From: Squalus acanthias | Lineage: Eukaryota | NCBI GenBank assembly: GCA_030390025.1 | Contig: CM059432.1 | Location: forward strand, 138,138,001-138,202,000 | Length of the DNA: 64,000 nt | Direction of reading: 5' to 3' | Part shown: in pieces, positions 25,100-38,085 of the stretch | Layout of the letters: every line of letters starts with the position of its first letter | Position numbering within the stretch: the first letter of the stretch is position 1 | The notes under the pieces: generated by a model | The model's input: only the letters and a program-made list of their open reading frames with translations | Databases searched by the model: none | Told to the model about the DNA's origin: nothing | Position numbers and translations under genes: made by a program

Positions 25100-25605
25100 A
25101 AGGAGCATTATCAGACAAAATTTGACACCGAGCCACATAGGGAGATATTAGAACCAATGACCAAAAGCTTGGTCAAAGAGGTAGGTTTTAAGGAACGTCT
25201 TAAAGGAGGAGAGAGAGTTAGAGAGGCGGAGAGGTTTAGGGAGGGAATTCTGGATCTTAGCATGGCCGCCAGTGGTGTGCGAGAAGCCAGAATTGGAGGA
25301 GCGCAGAGATCTCAGAGGGTTATAGGTCTGGAGGAGGTTACAGAGATAGGGAGGGGTGAGGCCGTGGCGGAATTTGAAAACAAGCATGAGAATTTTGAAA
25401 TCGAGGCGTTACCGGACAGGGAGCCAATGTAGGTCAGCGAGCACAGGGGCGATGGGTGAACGGGACTTGGCGCGAGCTAGAATATGGACAGCAGAGTTTT
25501 GGATGAGCTCAAGTTTACGGAGGGTGCAAGGTGGAGGCCGGCCAGGAGAGCGTTGGAATAGTCGAGTCTGGAGGTAACAAAGGCATGGATGAGGGTTTCA
25601 GCAGC
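25100..25605 (-). mobile_element. L2 3' fragment
   Basis: ORF 25148-25387 is L2 C-terminal. Confidence 0.85.
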
Positions 25606-26159
25606 GGACTAAATTTAATTTTAAGAATACAGAAGCCACAACTAAGGTAGGTGGTTTATCGTTCATCTGCTGGGATCTTATTTGTCATATACTGTGAGAA
25701 AATGGCAACAAAATACACTATCACACCTTTATATTAACTCCTTCACTTATACATTCAAAATGAGCTGGAAAAGATTGACTCCAGTATTAATGACCTTTTT
25801 TATACCATCTTCCTCACCGAGGCATCAACTCAGTGGAACTGATGCTTTTTGCTCAATGTATTTATTCCTTGCTATTTTGTCATTTTCATGGCAGTCACTG
25901 AGATACAGCAATTTCCCGTTGTGAACCTAACAGAAGTGAAGTAAAATGAGTAAGCCTGAGTGGTGTGGGGTGGGGGAAGACATTATTACATTATCACCTG
26001 ACATATCTGGGTAGACTGCACCCAGTGGTGCAAAGAATGATCAGTGTGTCTACAGCTGTGACGTTTTAGGACATGTCACCTTCTATTCTGCTGTGCTCAC
26101 TTTAGGTTGATAAAATATATGAGGTAACAGCTGGTATTATTGGGTAAACTTAAGCGAAA

Positions 26160-27320
26160 TAGAATCATAGAAGTATACGGCACAGAGGGAGGCCATTCAG
26201 GCCCATCGTGTCCGTGCCGGCCAAAAAAGAGCTATCCAGCCTACTCCCACTTTCCAGCTCTTGGGCTGTAGCCTTGTAGGTTACGGCACTTTAAGTGCAC
26301 ATCCAAGTACTTTTTAAATGTGACAAGGGTTTCTGCCTCTACCACCCTTTCAGGCAGTGAGTTCCAGACCCCCACCACCCTCTGGGTGAAAACATTTCTC
26401 CTGAACTCCCTTCTAATCCCTCTACCAATTACTTTAATCTGTACCCCCTGGTTATTGACCTCTCTGCTAAGGGAACTAGGTCCTTCCTATCCACTCTATC
26501 TAGGCCCCTCATAATTTTATACACCTCAATTGAATCTCCCCTCCGCCTCCTCTGTTCCAAAGAAAACAACCCCAGCCTCTCCAATCTTTCCTCATAGCTA
26601 AAATTTTCCAGTACTGGCAACATCCTCGTAAATCTTTTCTGTACTCTCTCTAGTGCAATCACATCTTTCCTGTAATGTGGTGACCAGAACTGTACACAGT
26701 ACTCCAGCTGTGGCCTAACTAGTGTTTTATACAGTTCTAGCATAACCTCCCTGCTCTTATATTCATTGTCCTCAGTTACTAATTATCAGCAACCAGCTTG
26801 TTTCTAAGGCAGGGTCGTGATTGATGATAAGGAAGTTATGCTAAACCTTTAGAAATCACTGGTTAGTCCTCAGCTAAGGTATTAGTGTCCAATTCTGGGC
26901 ACCACGCTTTAGGAAGGATGTTCAGGCCTTGGAGAGGGTGGAGAGGAGATTTACCAGAATGGTACCAGTTATGTTGAGAGCCTAGAGAAGCTGGGGTTAT
27001 TCTCCTTAGAGCAGAGAAGGTTAAAGGGGAGATTTAATAGAGGTGTTCAAAATTATAAGGGTTTTCGATAGAGTAGATAGGGAGAAACTGTTTCCAGTGG
27101 CAGGAGAGTTGTAATGATCTGGAATGCACTGCCTGAAAGGGTGGTGGAAGCAGATTCAATAGTAACTTGCAGAAGGGAATTGGATAAATATTTGATAAAG
27201 AAAGAACATTTGCAGGGCTATGGGGAAAGAGCAGGGGGGAGTGGGACTAATTGGAGAGCTCTTTCAAAGAGCCGGCACAGACACGATGGGCTGAATGGCC
27301 TCCTTCTGTGCTGTACGATT
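26160..27320. mobile_element. Two divergently oriented CR1 fragments (26160-26765 on -, 26830-27320 on +)
   Basis: [15 protein letters not shown] motif and CR1 3' UTRs. Confidence 0.85.
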
Positions 27321-28144
27321 TTATCAGAAAAGTCAAATGGGTTTCAATCAGAAAATCACACCATGACATCAGAATGAATTAAGTAGGGAAGCCACTGCTA
27401 AGGGTTTTTCTTATTTTTTTGCACACAGTTAGGCAAATACAATCGCATAAGACTGATGTCTCCAGCTAACATTTAGAATAGGAAAAAAAAAATCCTGAAT
27501 CGCTAATGATTGATTAAAGCTATTTTGTTCTCCTGCATTCCTGATGCAGTCATGCACTGTTATTATGAAGATCTGTACCCCCAGCTGATTTAATCAAAAG
27601 CTGGAGACATTCACAACACATTTCAAAGCTGGAGAGGAGAATGACATAGAGGACACACAATATAAATTACAAACAAAATTCTCAGTACATGATCTGCTTA
27701 TTACTTTATTAGTTAGTCGTCGACAGATTTATAAAGGTTTGCGCACTTGGTTTGTGAGTCCTGCTGTGTTTTATATTAGTCTTGCCTTCCTTTTCCTTCT
27801 TCAGAGAAGCTTTTCCCTCCAGCAGCACCAGATCATTCAATTGTTCCTTTTCTCTCGAACTTCTCAAGGTGATGGTAAAATTGAGTTGTTGTGAGTGTTT
27901 CCATATCTGATTCACTTTGTCTCCCGACCACCAGCATTTTACAAGCAATGAGTTGCCATTTCTGCAGGAGAGCACCTTTTATACACTGACAGTCCAAAAA
28001 ACAAAACCTCTAAAAATGGCAAAAAGTATATTTTATCCTCGTTTTATCCCCTTTGCACTGCCCTGCGCCTCAGATTCTGTACTCCTGCATGAGAGAGGCA
28101 GGCTACTTAATGATACAGCACAGAAAGAGGCCAATCGTGCCTGT

Positions 28145-28540
28145 AGAAACATAGAAAAATAGGAGCAGGAGTAGGCCATTCGGCCCTTCGAGCCTGCTCC
28201 GCCATTCAATATGATCATGGCTGATCCTCTATCTCAATACCATATTCCCGCTCTCTCCCCATACCCCTTGATGCCTTTTGTGTCTAAAAATCTATCTATC
28301 TCCTTGTTAAATATATTCAGTGACTTGGCCTCCACAGCCTTCTGTGGTAGAGAATTCCATAGGTTCACCACCCTCTGAGTGAAGAAATTTCTCCTCATCT
28401 CAGTCCTAAATGTCCTACCCCGTATCCTGAGACTGTGGCCCCTCGTTCTAGACCCCCCCCCAGCCAGGGGAAACATCCTCCCTGCATCCAGTCTGTCTAG
28501 CCCTGTCAGAATTTTATATGTTTCAATGAGATCCCCTCTC
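28145..28540 (-). mobile_element. 5'-truncated CR1
   Basis: ORF 28234-28542; very similar to 24330-24700 and 48650-49040. Confidence 0.9.
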
Positions 28541-30544
28541 ACTGTACCTTGCTGACTCTAAGCCATGCACCAGGGCTGCTCTGTGGATAGCTTCTGTTAA
28601 TGGGCAACTGGAGGTGGGACCCCTGAGGATTTTCCAACCCCTCCCACTGGCAAGGCATCTAACGTCCTGACATTGCCGTGCCTGGTGAGTCAGCTCTATA
28701 ATGGGCAGTATGCCATTGGGGGAAACCACTATGTAAATGCCGAACGAGACTGGGATTTGAGCCAAGGTCTTCTAGTCAATGGCAGATCACATTGATTTAA
28801 TAAGCAGCATGCCAAGGATCAAAGTTAGATTCAGGTCCAGTTGCAAGGTTTCGAGTTAAGTTTGCAGGGTTGAGGTTTTGAGGAAAGCAAGCTAAGGTCT
28901 ATCAAATTAAGATGTGGATAACGCATCAAAAATTATTGATTCAGATTTCATTGTTTGAGAGAATCAGATTTCCAGCATCCGCAGTATTTTGCTTTTGTCA
29001 AAGATTATTGTATTGGTTTCCAATGTTCCTTCAACAGTTTTGCTACCTGCATAAAAATATTAAATATTTTTTTTTATCAATTGGAAGCATGTCTTACAAT
29101 TGACTAATCCTTTAAAGCAGAATTAATCCTACATGGGTATGCATGCCTGGAATTTCCTTGGGGTTCTGACGATCTCTTGCTATAACGTTGGCGTAAGTTC
29201 ATCAGTAACCCCAGACCTGTGCACAATACTCCAAGTGTGGCCCAACCAAGGTTTTATACAAGTTTAACATAACTACTCTGTTTTTCAATTCTATTCCTGT
29301 AGAAATGAACCCCACTGCATTGTTTACATTCTTTATGGCCTTGTTAACTTACGTTGCTAATTTTACTGATTTGTGAATCTGTACCCCCCCTACCCCCCCC
29401 CCCCCACCCGATCCCTTTGCTCCTCTACCCCATTTAGACTCTTACTTTCCAAGGAACATTTGGCCAGAAGTCGGGGAACATCCGCAGAAAATGCAGCTCT
29501 CTATATTTTGTAGCGCGTTGCAGATCAATGCCATTTTTTTTCACCCCATGCCGTGCCCCACCCCCAGCACCGAGGTGACCTGTCGCCATGACGACCTGCC
29601 GCCGTGACTCTGCTAATTTTGGGGGGGAAGATTCCCTCTGGGAGCTGTGTGTTACAGAATTGTGTACCCGTTCTTTACAAATGCATGTAAAGTGGGCCAG
29701 TGGGTTTCCAAGGGGAACCCCAATCCTCAGAGGTGGCCTCTGCCGACACCCCAGCTTCCAGTGACCGTCCATGAAGCGGCTCGGAATTTTACACAGAGAC
29801 CAAAACAAAGCGGATTGCCCCAGGTTTATTCACTTACTTACCACTGACTGCTTGCAAAAGCAGCAATGGGCTCTAAAAGATAGGAAGATTAACTTTGTAA
29901 GAGATTAATTAATTAATTTTAGAAAAAAAACAAGGCCTTGAACTTACGCTGTCGGATAATAGCTGACAAACTCTTTGCATTTTCAACTAAAATTCCTCTC
30001 TAGTGTTTTAGCAGGGGTTAAATGGGTTACCATTTTCACCACCGTAGAATTTTAGATGCATGTATAGAACAGTATCCCATAACATAATTTCAAATATATC
30101 TTCAATAGTTTTAACAAAGGATTGTACCAAGTTTGGGATTTTTTTTTACCTGAAATGACAATCTGTACACCCTTTTACCATGAAACCTGTTAATTTGCAA
30201 AATAACCCTGCCTTACAGAACATCTATGAAAATGATCTTCTGCAGTGACTATTTATAAAGCAGAATTCGAGTGATGTGCAATACCGTATAACGTAGAACT
30301 TTACTTGCAGCATTCTCCGAATAAACAACAGCATTTTAACCCTTGTTGTATTTCCTGTTTCAGTGCAAAAATCCTTCTGCAGTCCTCAAGTGGTTACAGG
30401 CAAGTGTTACATCCTATGAATATTAGCGCACGTACCTTTTGTTTATATATTTTTTTCCCCACACAGCCTGCGAGAAAACAGCTGCAAAAGTTACCGAGTT
30501 TCCACCTACCATCGTCCAAAACATGTTCGGATTCGAATCGGTAG

Positions 30545-31265
30545 TAGGAAGGACCTATTTCCCTTAGCAGAGAGGTCAATAACCAGGGGGCATAGATTTA
30601 AAGTAATTGGTAGAAGGATTAGAGGGGAGTTGAGGAGAAATGTTTTCACCCAGAGGGTGGTGGGGAGGGTCTGGAACTCACTGCCTGAAAGGGTGGTGGA
30701 GGCAGAAACCCTCGTCGTATTTAAAAAGTACTTGGATATGCACTTGAAGTGCCGTAACCTGCCAAGGCTACGGACCAAGAGCTGGAAAGTGGGATTAGGC
30801 TGGATAGCTGTTTTTCGGCCGGCACGGACATGATGGGCAGAATGGCCTCCTTCTGTGCCGTAAATTTCTATGATTCTGGTAAAATGATGGGTCGCACAGA
30901 ATGCTAGCTGGTTATGGGCAAAACTCGTTCTGGCTGACTAACTCGTGGCCTATAGAATTTCCTTAGGTTTTACACCACTTATTATCCCTCCTCAGAATAA
31001 AGGGTCGCCCTTTTAGAACTGAGGTATTTCTTCTCTCAGAGGGTCGTAAATCGGTAGAATTCTCTGCCCCAGAGAGCCATGGAGGTTGGGTCATTAAATA
31101 CATTTAAGGTGGAGATAGACAGATTTTTGCAAGATAAGGAAGTGAAGGGTAATGGGGAGCAGGCAGGGAAGTGGCTTTGAGCCCAAGATCAGCCATGATC
31201 TTATTGAATGGCGGAGCAGGCTCGAGGGGCCAAGTGGCCTATTCCTGCTCCTGTTTCTTATGTTC
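30545..31265 (+). mobile_element. Two CR1 3' fragments (30545-30875 and 30990-31265)
   Basis: FTQRVV..WNSLPERVVEA motif and CR1 3' UTRs. Confidence 0.85.
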
Positions 31266-31747
31266 TCCCTTGCCGCTGCAGTATGAGAAAGGGCACTTGA
31301 GAGGCAATAAGGTCCATTTGTCTACCCATCTCTCCGTGTGAAAAATATTTCACCAATGATTACATAAAATCGTTACCAAATTCTATGAGCAACAAAACTA
31401 ACTACGGGGGAGGGGGGGGGTGGATTCCTGGGAATTCCTGCATCATAATTGCCTGATCGATGTAGACCTTTTGAATTGATCTGGTCATTCATCAGTTATG
31501 GATTGCTCTCTTATTTTACACTTTTATAATCACTCACCTGTCCTGTGCTGTCAGTTCTAATCAATCGGGTATAGGCAGATGACAAATCGGCTCAACTCAT
31601 TACACTATAGATGATGTTGTCGGTTTATCATTGCATTATTTATCCTCAGTGCAGTAGACCGCAAGACTTAAAACCTGGAGTTTGGTGAAGTGCACAGAAC
31701 TAGTGACCTTCCATCGATTGTTCAGCTGCTATGTATGCACTTGCATC

Positions 31748-32745
31748 AGCCGTGGCTCAGTGGGTTGCACTCTCTTGCCTCTGAGTCAGAAGGTCGTGGG
31801 GTCAAGTCCCACTCCAGAGACTTGAGCACAAAAATCTAGGCCGACACTCCCGGCGCAGTACTGAGGGAGTGCTGCACTGTCGGAGGTGTCGTCTTTCGGA
31901 TGAGACGTTAAATCATAGAATCATAGAAGATAGGAGCAGGAGTAGGCCATTCGGCCCCTCTAGCCTGCTCCGCCATTCAATGCGATCATGGCTGATCATC
32001 CAAATTCAGTACCCTCTCCCTGCTTTCTCCCCATATCCCTTGATCCCTTTAGCCTTAAGAAATATATCCAACTCCTTCTTGAATCTATTTAATGAATTGG
32101 CCTCTACTGCCTTCTGTGGCGGAGAATTCCACAGGTTCACCACTCTCTGGGTGAAGAAATTCCTCCTCCATTTCTGTCCTAAATGGCTTACCCCTTATCC
32201 TTAGACTGTGACCCCTGGTTCTGGACTCCCCGACCATCGGGAACATCCTTCCTGCATCTAGTTTGTCCTGTCCTGTCAGAATTTTATAAGTTTCAATGAG
32301 ATCTCCTCTCATTCTTCTAAACTCCAGCGAGTATAAGCCCAATCGACCCAATCTCTCTTCATACGTCATTCCTGCCATCCCAGGTATCAGCCTGGTGAAT
32401 CTTCGCTGAACTCCTTCCATGGCAAGAACATCCTTAGTTAAACCAAGGTCCCGTCTGCCCTCTCAGCTGGATGTAAAAGATCCGATGGCGCTATTTCAAA
32501 GAGAGCAGGGGAAGTTCTCCCCGGTGTCCTGGGTCAATATTTATCCCTCAGTCAACATCTCTAAAACAGATTATCTGGTTGTCACATTGCTGTTTGTGGG
32601 ATCTTGCTGTGCACAAATTGGCTGCCGCGTTTCCTGCATTACAACAGTGACTACACTTCAAGAGTACTTCTTCATTGGCTGTAAAGCGCTTTGGGATGTC
32701 CTGAGGTCATGAAAAGCGCTATAGAAATGCTAGTCGTATTTTCTT
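31748..32745 (+). mobile_element. Full-length Deu-domain SINE (SacSINE1-like) interrupted by a CR1
   Basis: A-box tggctcagtggg, B-box-like ggtcaagtccc, Deu core and L2-like tail. Confidence 0.88.
31913..32436 (-). mobile_element. 5'-truncated CR1 with TSD gttaaa
   Basis: TSD at 31907-31912 and 32437-32442; ORF 32085-32420. Confidence 0.9.
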
Positions 32746-34005
32746 TTACTGCATTTGTAGTTCACTGCTTTTAGCCGTGACATTTACACAGGCTTCTAGT
32801 ATGTGTCCAAGTTGCAGCCAGCTATTCTGTTTAACTACCACCACTCCAACAACAATTTAACACTTCCATTCCGAGCAGACATGCAGAAGCTAGGCGCATG
32901 GAAGGCACTGCAATAATAGCAATTTAATTGTTTACATTCTTAAAACAGTTGGAAAAAGTGTCCCTTATTGTATATTAAGTTCAGGATACTGGTAGTCCCA
33001 AACCTTTGGCTAAATTGGACTTTATGATAAATTGCTCCCTCTGGAATTGTATATCTGCCGCTGTGAGTGATTTAGCTGTGCGAAAAAAATGTAAAAATAC
33101 ATTTACTGATTTACTGCAGGAAATTCAGATTTGAGCAAAGGAAGAATTTTCACTTTTCTGCAGTTTAAAATAATCCTTATGCTGAATGTACGATTTAGCC
33201 AATGGGGATACTGCCATTTGTTATATGCAGTTAGGAGTAAATGAACTTCCCCGTTCATTTTAATATTTATGATTTTAATGCCTTTAGCCCTATTATTTTT
33301 AATTTAGAGCTTTGTTATGACTCCAAAGTGTTCAGTTTTCACTGTGGTATGTGTTTTTTTGTCCTGATCTAAATGTGATTTAAGAATTTTAAATTCCGGA
33401 ATGCAGAAAGTAACTGCGAAGAGGGATAGACGGGCTTTTGTGTGTTGCACACACAGCTTCAATTAGAAGCAGCCAGATTCAATTCTGAATTTGCCCCTGT
33501 TAACTCTACAACCTAATAGAAAATCTATTTTAATTTTGTTACAAAAATGATTGCACATATAGATAGTCTATTTTTAGCTAGCGCTACGACAGAAATGGTT
33601 TTTTTTTTGTGAAACGCTAACAGTTGTATTTTATCAACTTCAGTGGTCTGCTGTATTCTTTAGGGGGGGGGGGGGAGGAGTGGCAAAGGATCTCCTTGAC
33701 ATTGGCATGCACCCAAGCTGAAGAAAAGAGAGAGAAGTTCTTTGTGAAGATAGAAGATTTACTTCCCCCTAGGCAATAGAGTAGCCTGCCTATCTTAGTT
33801 GTCTCTCGTTCCATTGTTTCAGCAGAGAAACATAAATCTGGGGCAATACTTAGTGGCGACTTTCATTTCGTGATAATAACCCTGACTTTCACTCCTAGTA
33901 TACTTCAAGTAAAAATACAAAGGAATACACCCGTACATACAAATGTATGCCCCTTTGAATCTGTGTCGCTAGCTGTACATTGTATCCATGACGGGATAAA
34001 TAGAA

Positions 34006-34178
34006 ATGAGAAGTCGCGCAACACCAGGTTATAGTCCAACAGATTTATTTAAAATTACAAGCTTTCGGAGCTGTTGCTCCGAAAGCTTGTAATTTTAAAT
34101 AAATCTGTTGGACTATAACCTGGTGTTGTGCGACTTCTCATTTTTGTCCACCCCAGTCCAACACCGGCATCTCTGCAT
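34006..34178. mobile_element. Fold-back Penelope-like terminal element (second family) with a 14-bp TSD
   Basis: Inverted arms of about 68 bp around the loop tgtt; TSD cgggataaatagaa at 33992-34005 and 34179-34192. Confidence 0.8.
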
Positions 34179-34335
34179 CGGGATAAATAGAATGCAGGCT
34201 CACCACCGGAGCATTTGCAGACATAGTCACAATCATCCATTAATACGTTCAGATCTAGCTGCAGCCATCTCTGTTCTCACAGCTTTTGACCCGGAAGAAA
34301 ATTGAACCAAGCCAGTGTTCTGCAAAAAAAAAACG

Positions 34336-35165
34336 TTGGCAAATGAATTTCAATACAGATAAGCGTGAGCTGGTGTATTTTGGTAAGAGGAATAAGGAGG
34401 CCACATACTCCTTGGAAAGTAAGAGTCTAAATGGGGTAGAGGTGCAAAGAGATCTAGGGGTTGCACATTCACAAATCATTAAAAGTAGCGACGCAACTTA
34501 ACAAGGCCATAAAAAGTGCAGACGAAGCACTGGGGTTCATTCCTAGAGAATAGAATTCAAAAGCAGAGAGGTTCTGTTAAACTTGTATCGAACCTTGGTT
34601 AGATAACACATGGAGTGCCGTGCACAGTTCTGGTCTCCGTATTATAAAAATGATAGAGAAGCACTGAAGAAAGTGTAAAAAAGATTTACAAGGATGATAC
34701 CAGAACTATCAGGAAAGACTGAACAGGCTGGGGCTCTTTTCCCTAGAAAGGAGAAGACTGGGAGGTGACCTGACAGAGGTCTTTAAATTTATGAAGGGGT
34801 TCGATAGGATAGATGTAGAGAAGATGTTTCCACTTGGGGGGAGTCCAAACTAAGGGCCATAAATATAAGATAGACACTAATAAATCCTGTTGGGCCAACT
34901 GGCCTGTTTCTGTGCTGTAAAATTCTATGCATTTATATAGCACCTTTCACAACCTCAGGATGTCCCAAAGTTCTTTACAGCCATAAACATAAGATAGTCA
35001 CGAAGAGAATCTTCTTTACACGGAGAGTGGTGAGAATGTGGAACTTGATACCGCATGGAGTGGTTGAGGCGAATAGCGTAGATGCCTTTAAGAGGAAGCT
35101 GGGTAAGTACATGAAGGCGAAAGGACTAAAAGGTTGCACTGATAGGGTGAGATGAAGGAGGATGA
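34336..35165 (+). mobile_element. Older CR1 fragment, SINE tail and CR1 composite
   Basis: WQMNFN..K motif; shares diagnostic junctions with 40736-41355. Confidence 0.8.
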
Positions 35166-35166
35166 G

Positions 35167-35677
35167 AGTTCAGAAGAGTGAGAGGCGATCTTATTGAAAC
35201 ATATAAGATTGTGAAGGGGCTTGATCGGGTGGATGCGGTAAGGATGTTCCCAAGGATGGGTGAAACTAGAACTCGGGGGCATAATCTTAGAATAAGGGGC
35301 TGCTCTTTCAAAACTGAGATGAGGAGAAACTTCTTCACTCAGAGGGTAGTAGGTCTGTGGAATTTGCTGCCCCAGGAAGCTGTGGAAGCTACATCATTAA
35401 ATAAATTTAAAACAGTAATAGACAGTTTCCTAGAAGTAAAGGGAATTAGGGGTTACGGGGAGCGGGCAGGAAATTGGACATGAGGCTGAGTTCGGATCGG
35501 TCAGGGCCCTGTGGGTGGCGGAGCGGGCCCAGGGGCTGAGTGGCCGGGTCCTGCTCCTACTTCTTGTGTTCTTTAGATTTGAGGTTAGGATCAGATCAGC
35601 CATGATCTTATTGAATGGCGGAGCAGGCTCGAGGGGCCGATTGGCCTACTCCTGCTCCTATTTCTTATGTTCTTATG
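35167..35677 (+). mobile_element. CR1 with a tandemly duplicated 3' UTR segment, inserted into another CR1 3' end
   Basis: ORF 35178-35483, then two versions of the 3' UTR. Confidence 0.85.
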
Positions 35678-36024
35678 TGGGCGGCTCGTGTGGAGCATAA
35701 ACACCGGCATGGACCAGTGGGGCTGAATGGCCTGGCTCTGTGCTGTAAATTCTATTTAATTCTTTGTACGCTCTACTAACAAACTACCCTCAGAGCATCT
35801 AGGGCTCTGTGTTGTGGAGCTCGCTGTCAGGCAAGACCCTTGCAGTGGGACGCTTTGCACACTCAGTTGGCAGCAAGCCAGATTTTTCTGCGGACACCTT
35901 TGGTGAGCTAAAGAAAGCTACACTACTGGCGAGTGCAAGCTTCATTTTCTTTGGAATAATTATTCAAATTAGATCCCATGCCGAAATTTACAAGGTTTGC
36001 CCAAACTGCACCCCCAGTGTTAAA

Positions 36025-37083
36025 GAAACGAAGGATTTGCATTTCTATAGCGCCTTTCACAACCTCAGGACGTCCCAAAGTGCTTTACAGTTGTACAGGG
36101 CCTTGGTGAGACCACACCTTGAGTATTGTGTGCAGTTTTGGTCGCCTTATCTGAGGAAGAATGTTCTTGCCATGGAGGGAGTGCAGCGAAGATTCACCAG
36201 ACTGATACCTGGGATGGCAAGAATGACGTATGAAGAGAGATTGGGTCGATTGGGCTTATATTCGCTGGAGTTTAGAAGAATGAGAGGGGATCTCATTGAA
36301 ACTTATAAAATTCTAACAGGACTAGACAGACTAGAGGCAGGAAGGATGTTCCCGATGGCGGGGGAGTCCAGAACCAGGGGTCACAGTCTAAGGATAAGGG
36401 GTAAGCCATTTAGGACTGAGATGAGGAGGAATTTCTTCACCCAGAGAGTGGTGAACCTGTGGAATTCTCTACCAAAGAAGGCAGTTGAGGCCGATTCATT
36501 AAATATATTCAAGAAGGAGTTAGATATATTTCTTAAGGCTAAAGGGATCAAGGGATATGGGGAGAAAGCAGGGACAGGGTACTGAATTTGGATGATCAGC
36601 CATGATCTCATTAAATGGCAGAACAGGCTCGAGGGGTCGAATGGCCTACTCCTGCTCCTATCTTCTATGTTTCTATGTTTACAGCCAATTAAGCACTTTT
36701 GAAGTGTAGTCACTGTTGTAATGTAGGAAACACGGCAGCCAATTTGCACACAGCAAGTTCCCACAAACAGCAATGTGATAACAACCAGATAATCTGTTTT
36801 AGTGATGTTGGTTGAGGGACAAATATTGGCCAGGACACGAGGGAGAACTCCCCTGCTCTTCTTCAAAATAGTGCCGCGGGATCTTTTACGTCCACTTGAG
36901 AGAACAGACGGGGCCTCGGTTTAACGTCTCATCTGAAAGATGGCACCTCCGACAGTGCAGCACTCCCTCAGCACTGCACTGGGAGTGTCAGCCTAGATTT
37001 CTGTGCTCAAGTCTCTGGAGTGGGACTTGAACCTACAACCTTCTGACTCAGAGGAAAGAGTGCTGCCCACTGAGCCACGACTG
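36025..37083 (-). mobile_element. Deu-domain SINE interrupted by a CR1
   Basis: SINE tail at 36025-36090; body and head at 36678-37083. Confidence 0.88.
36091..36677 (+). mobile_element. 5'-truncated CR1 with TSD tttacag
   Basis: TSD at 36084-36090 and 36678-36684; open CR1 C-terminal frame. Confidence 0.92.
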
Positions 37084-37544
37084 ATTGATCTGCTGCTTGG
37101 GCCTGCGCCAGTTATCTCCTTAAAGCTAGGTTGTTGTTTAGATCAATGAGCTTGAAAGTTGCCTTATTTCTTTACCTGCGTCTTAGTAGTGGCCTATCTT
37201 CTACCTGTGTCTTTTTCCCATCTTTGCAAAAAAAACTATCTTCTGATCTTCTGGACTGGTTTTGATCACCTGAGGGGGTGGGAAAGGAATTTTCCAGAGT
37301 ATCTTTTCCCTTATTGGCCCTCTTTTTTTTCCGGCCGTTCCCCAGAGATTAACTGGCTGCAGGGAGGTGGGGGAGGGTGAGAGGAAGTGTTTAGCCATGA
37401 TGGTCCGGCCATCATGTTGGGTGGGGCAGGCTTGATGGACCTTCTGGTCTTCTCTTTCCCCTCAATCTCGTATGTTCATATCGAAGACTTTCCTGCAGCC
37501 TTTTTCTGCTATACAAATGCAAGCTGTTATTCCCTTCCTAAACC

Positions 37545-38085
37545 ATCTTCCACCCTACATAAACTTGAGCTCATCCAAAGCACTGCTGCCCGTATCTTAA
37601 CTCGCACCAAGTCCTGTCACCCATTACTCCTGTGCTCGCCGACCTACATTGGCTCCCAGTCCAACACCGCCTCAATTTTAAAATTCTCATCCTTGTTTTC
37701 AAATCCCTCCATGGCCTCGGCCCTCCCTATCTCTGTAACCTCCTTCATCCCTACAAGCCCTTGAGATCCCTGCGCTCATCCAGTTCTGGCATTTGCGGCT
37801 TCCTGATTTTAATCATTCCACCATTGGCGGCCGTGCCTTCAGCTGCCTGGGCCCTAAGCTCTGGAATTCCCTCCCTAAACCTCTCCGCCTCTCTAGCTCT
37901 CTCTCCTCCTTTAAGATGTTCCTTAAAACCTACCTCTTTGACCAAGCTTTTGGTCACTTGTCCTAATATCTCCTTACGTGGCTCGGTGTCAAATTTTAAT
38001 TAATAATCGTCTTGTGAAGCACCTTGGGATGTTGTGCTATGTTAACGGCGCTATATAAATGTAAGTTATTGTAACTGTTGTTGTT
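37545..38085 (+). mobile_element. L2 3' fragment with tail
   Basis: LADLHWLPVQHRLNFKIL motif and a (TTG)n end. Confidence 0.88.

Noticed and set aside
31748..31820. tRNA gene (also near 15760-15828, 37010-37083 and 59880-59945)
   Set aside because: These are tRNA-derived SINE heads continuous with SINE bodies.
34283..34305. Acceptor followed by AFDPEEN*
   Set aside because: Short, lies between repeats, and has no other support.
35809..36585. 258-aa ORF as a novel gene
   Set aside because: Chance read-through of unique DNA, an antisense SINE tail and a CR1 C-terminus.
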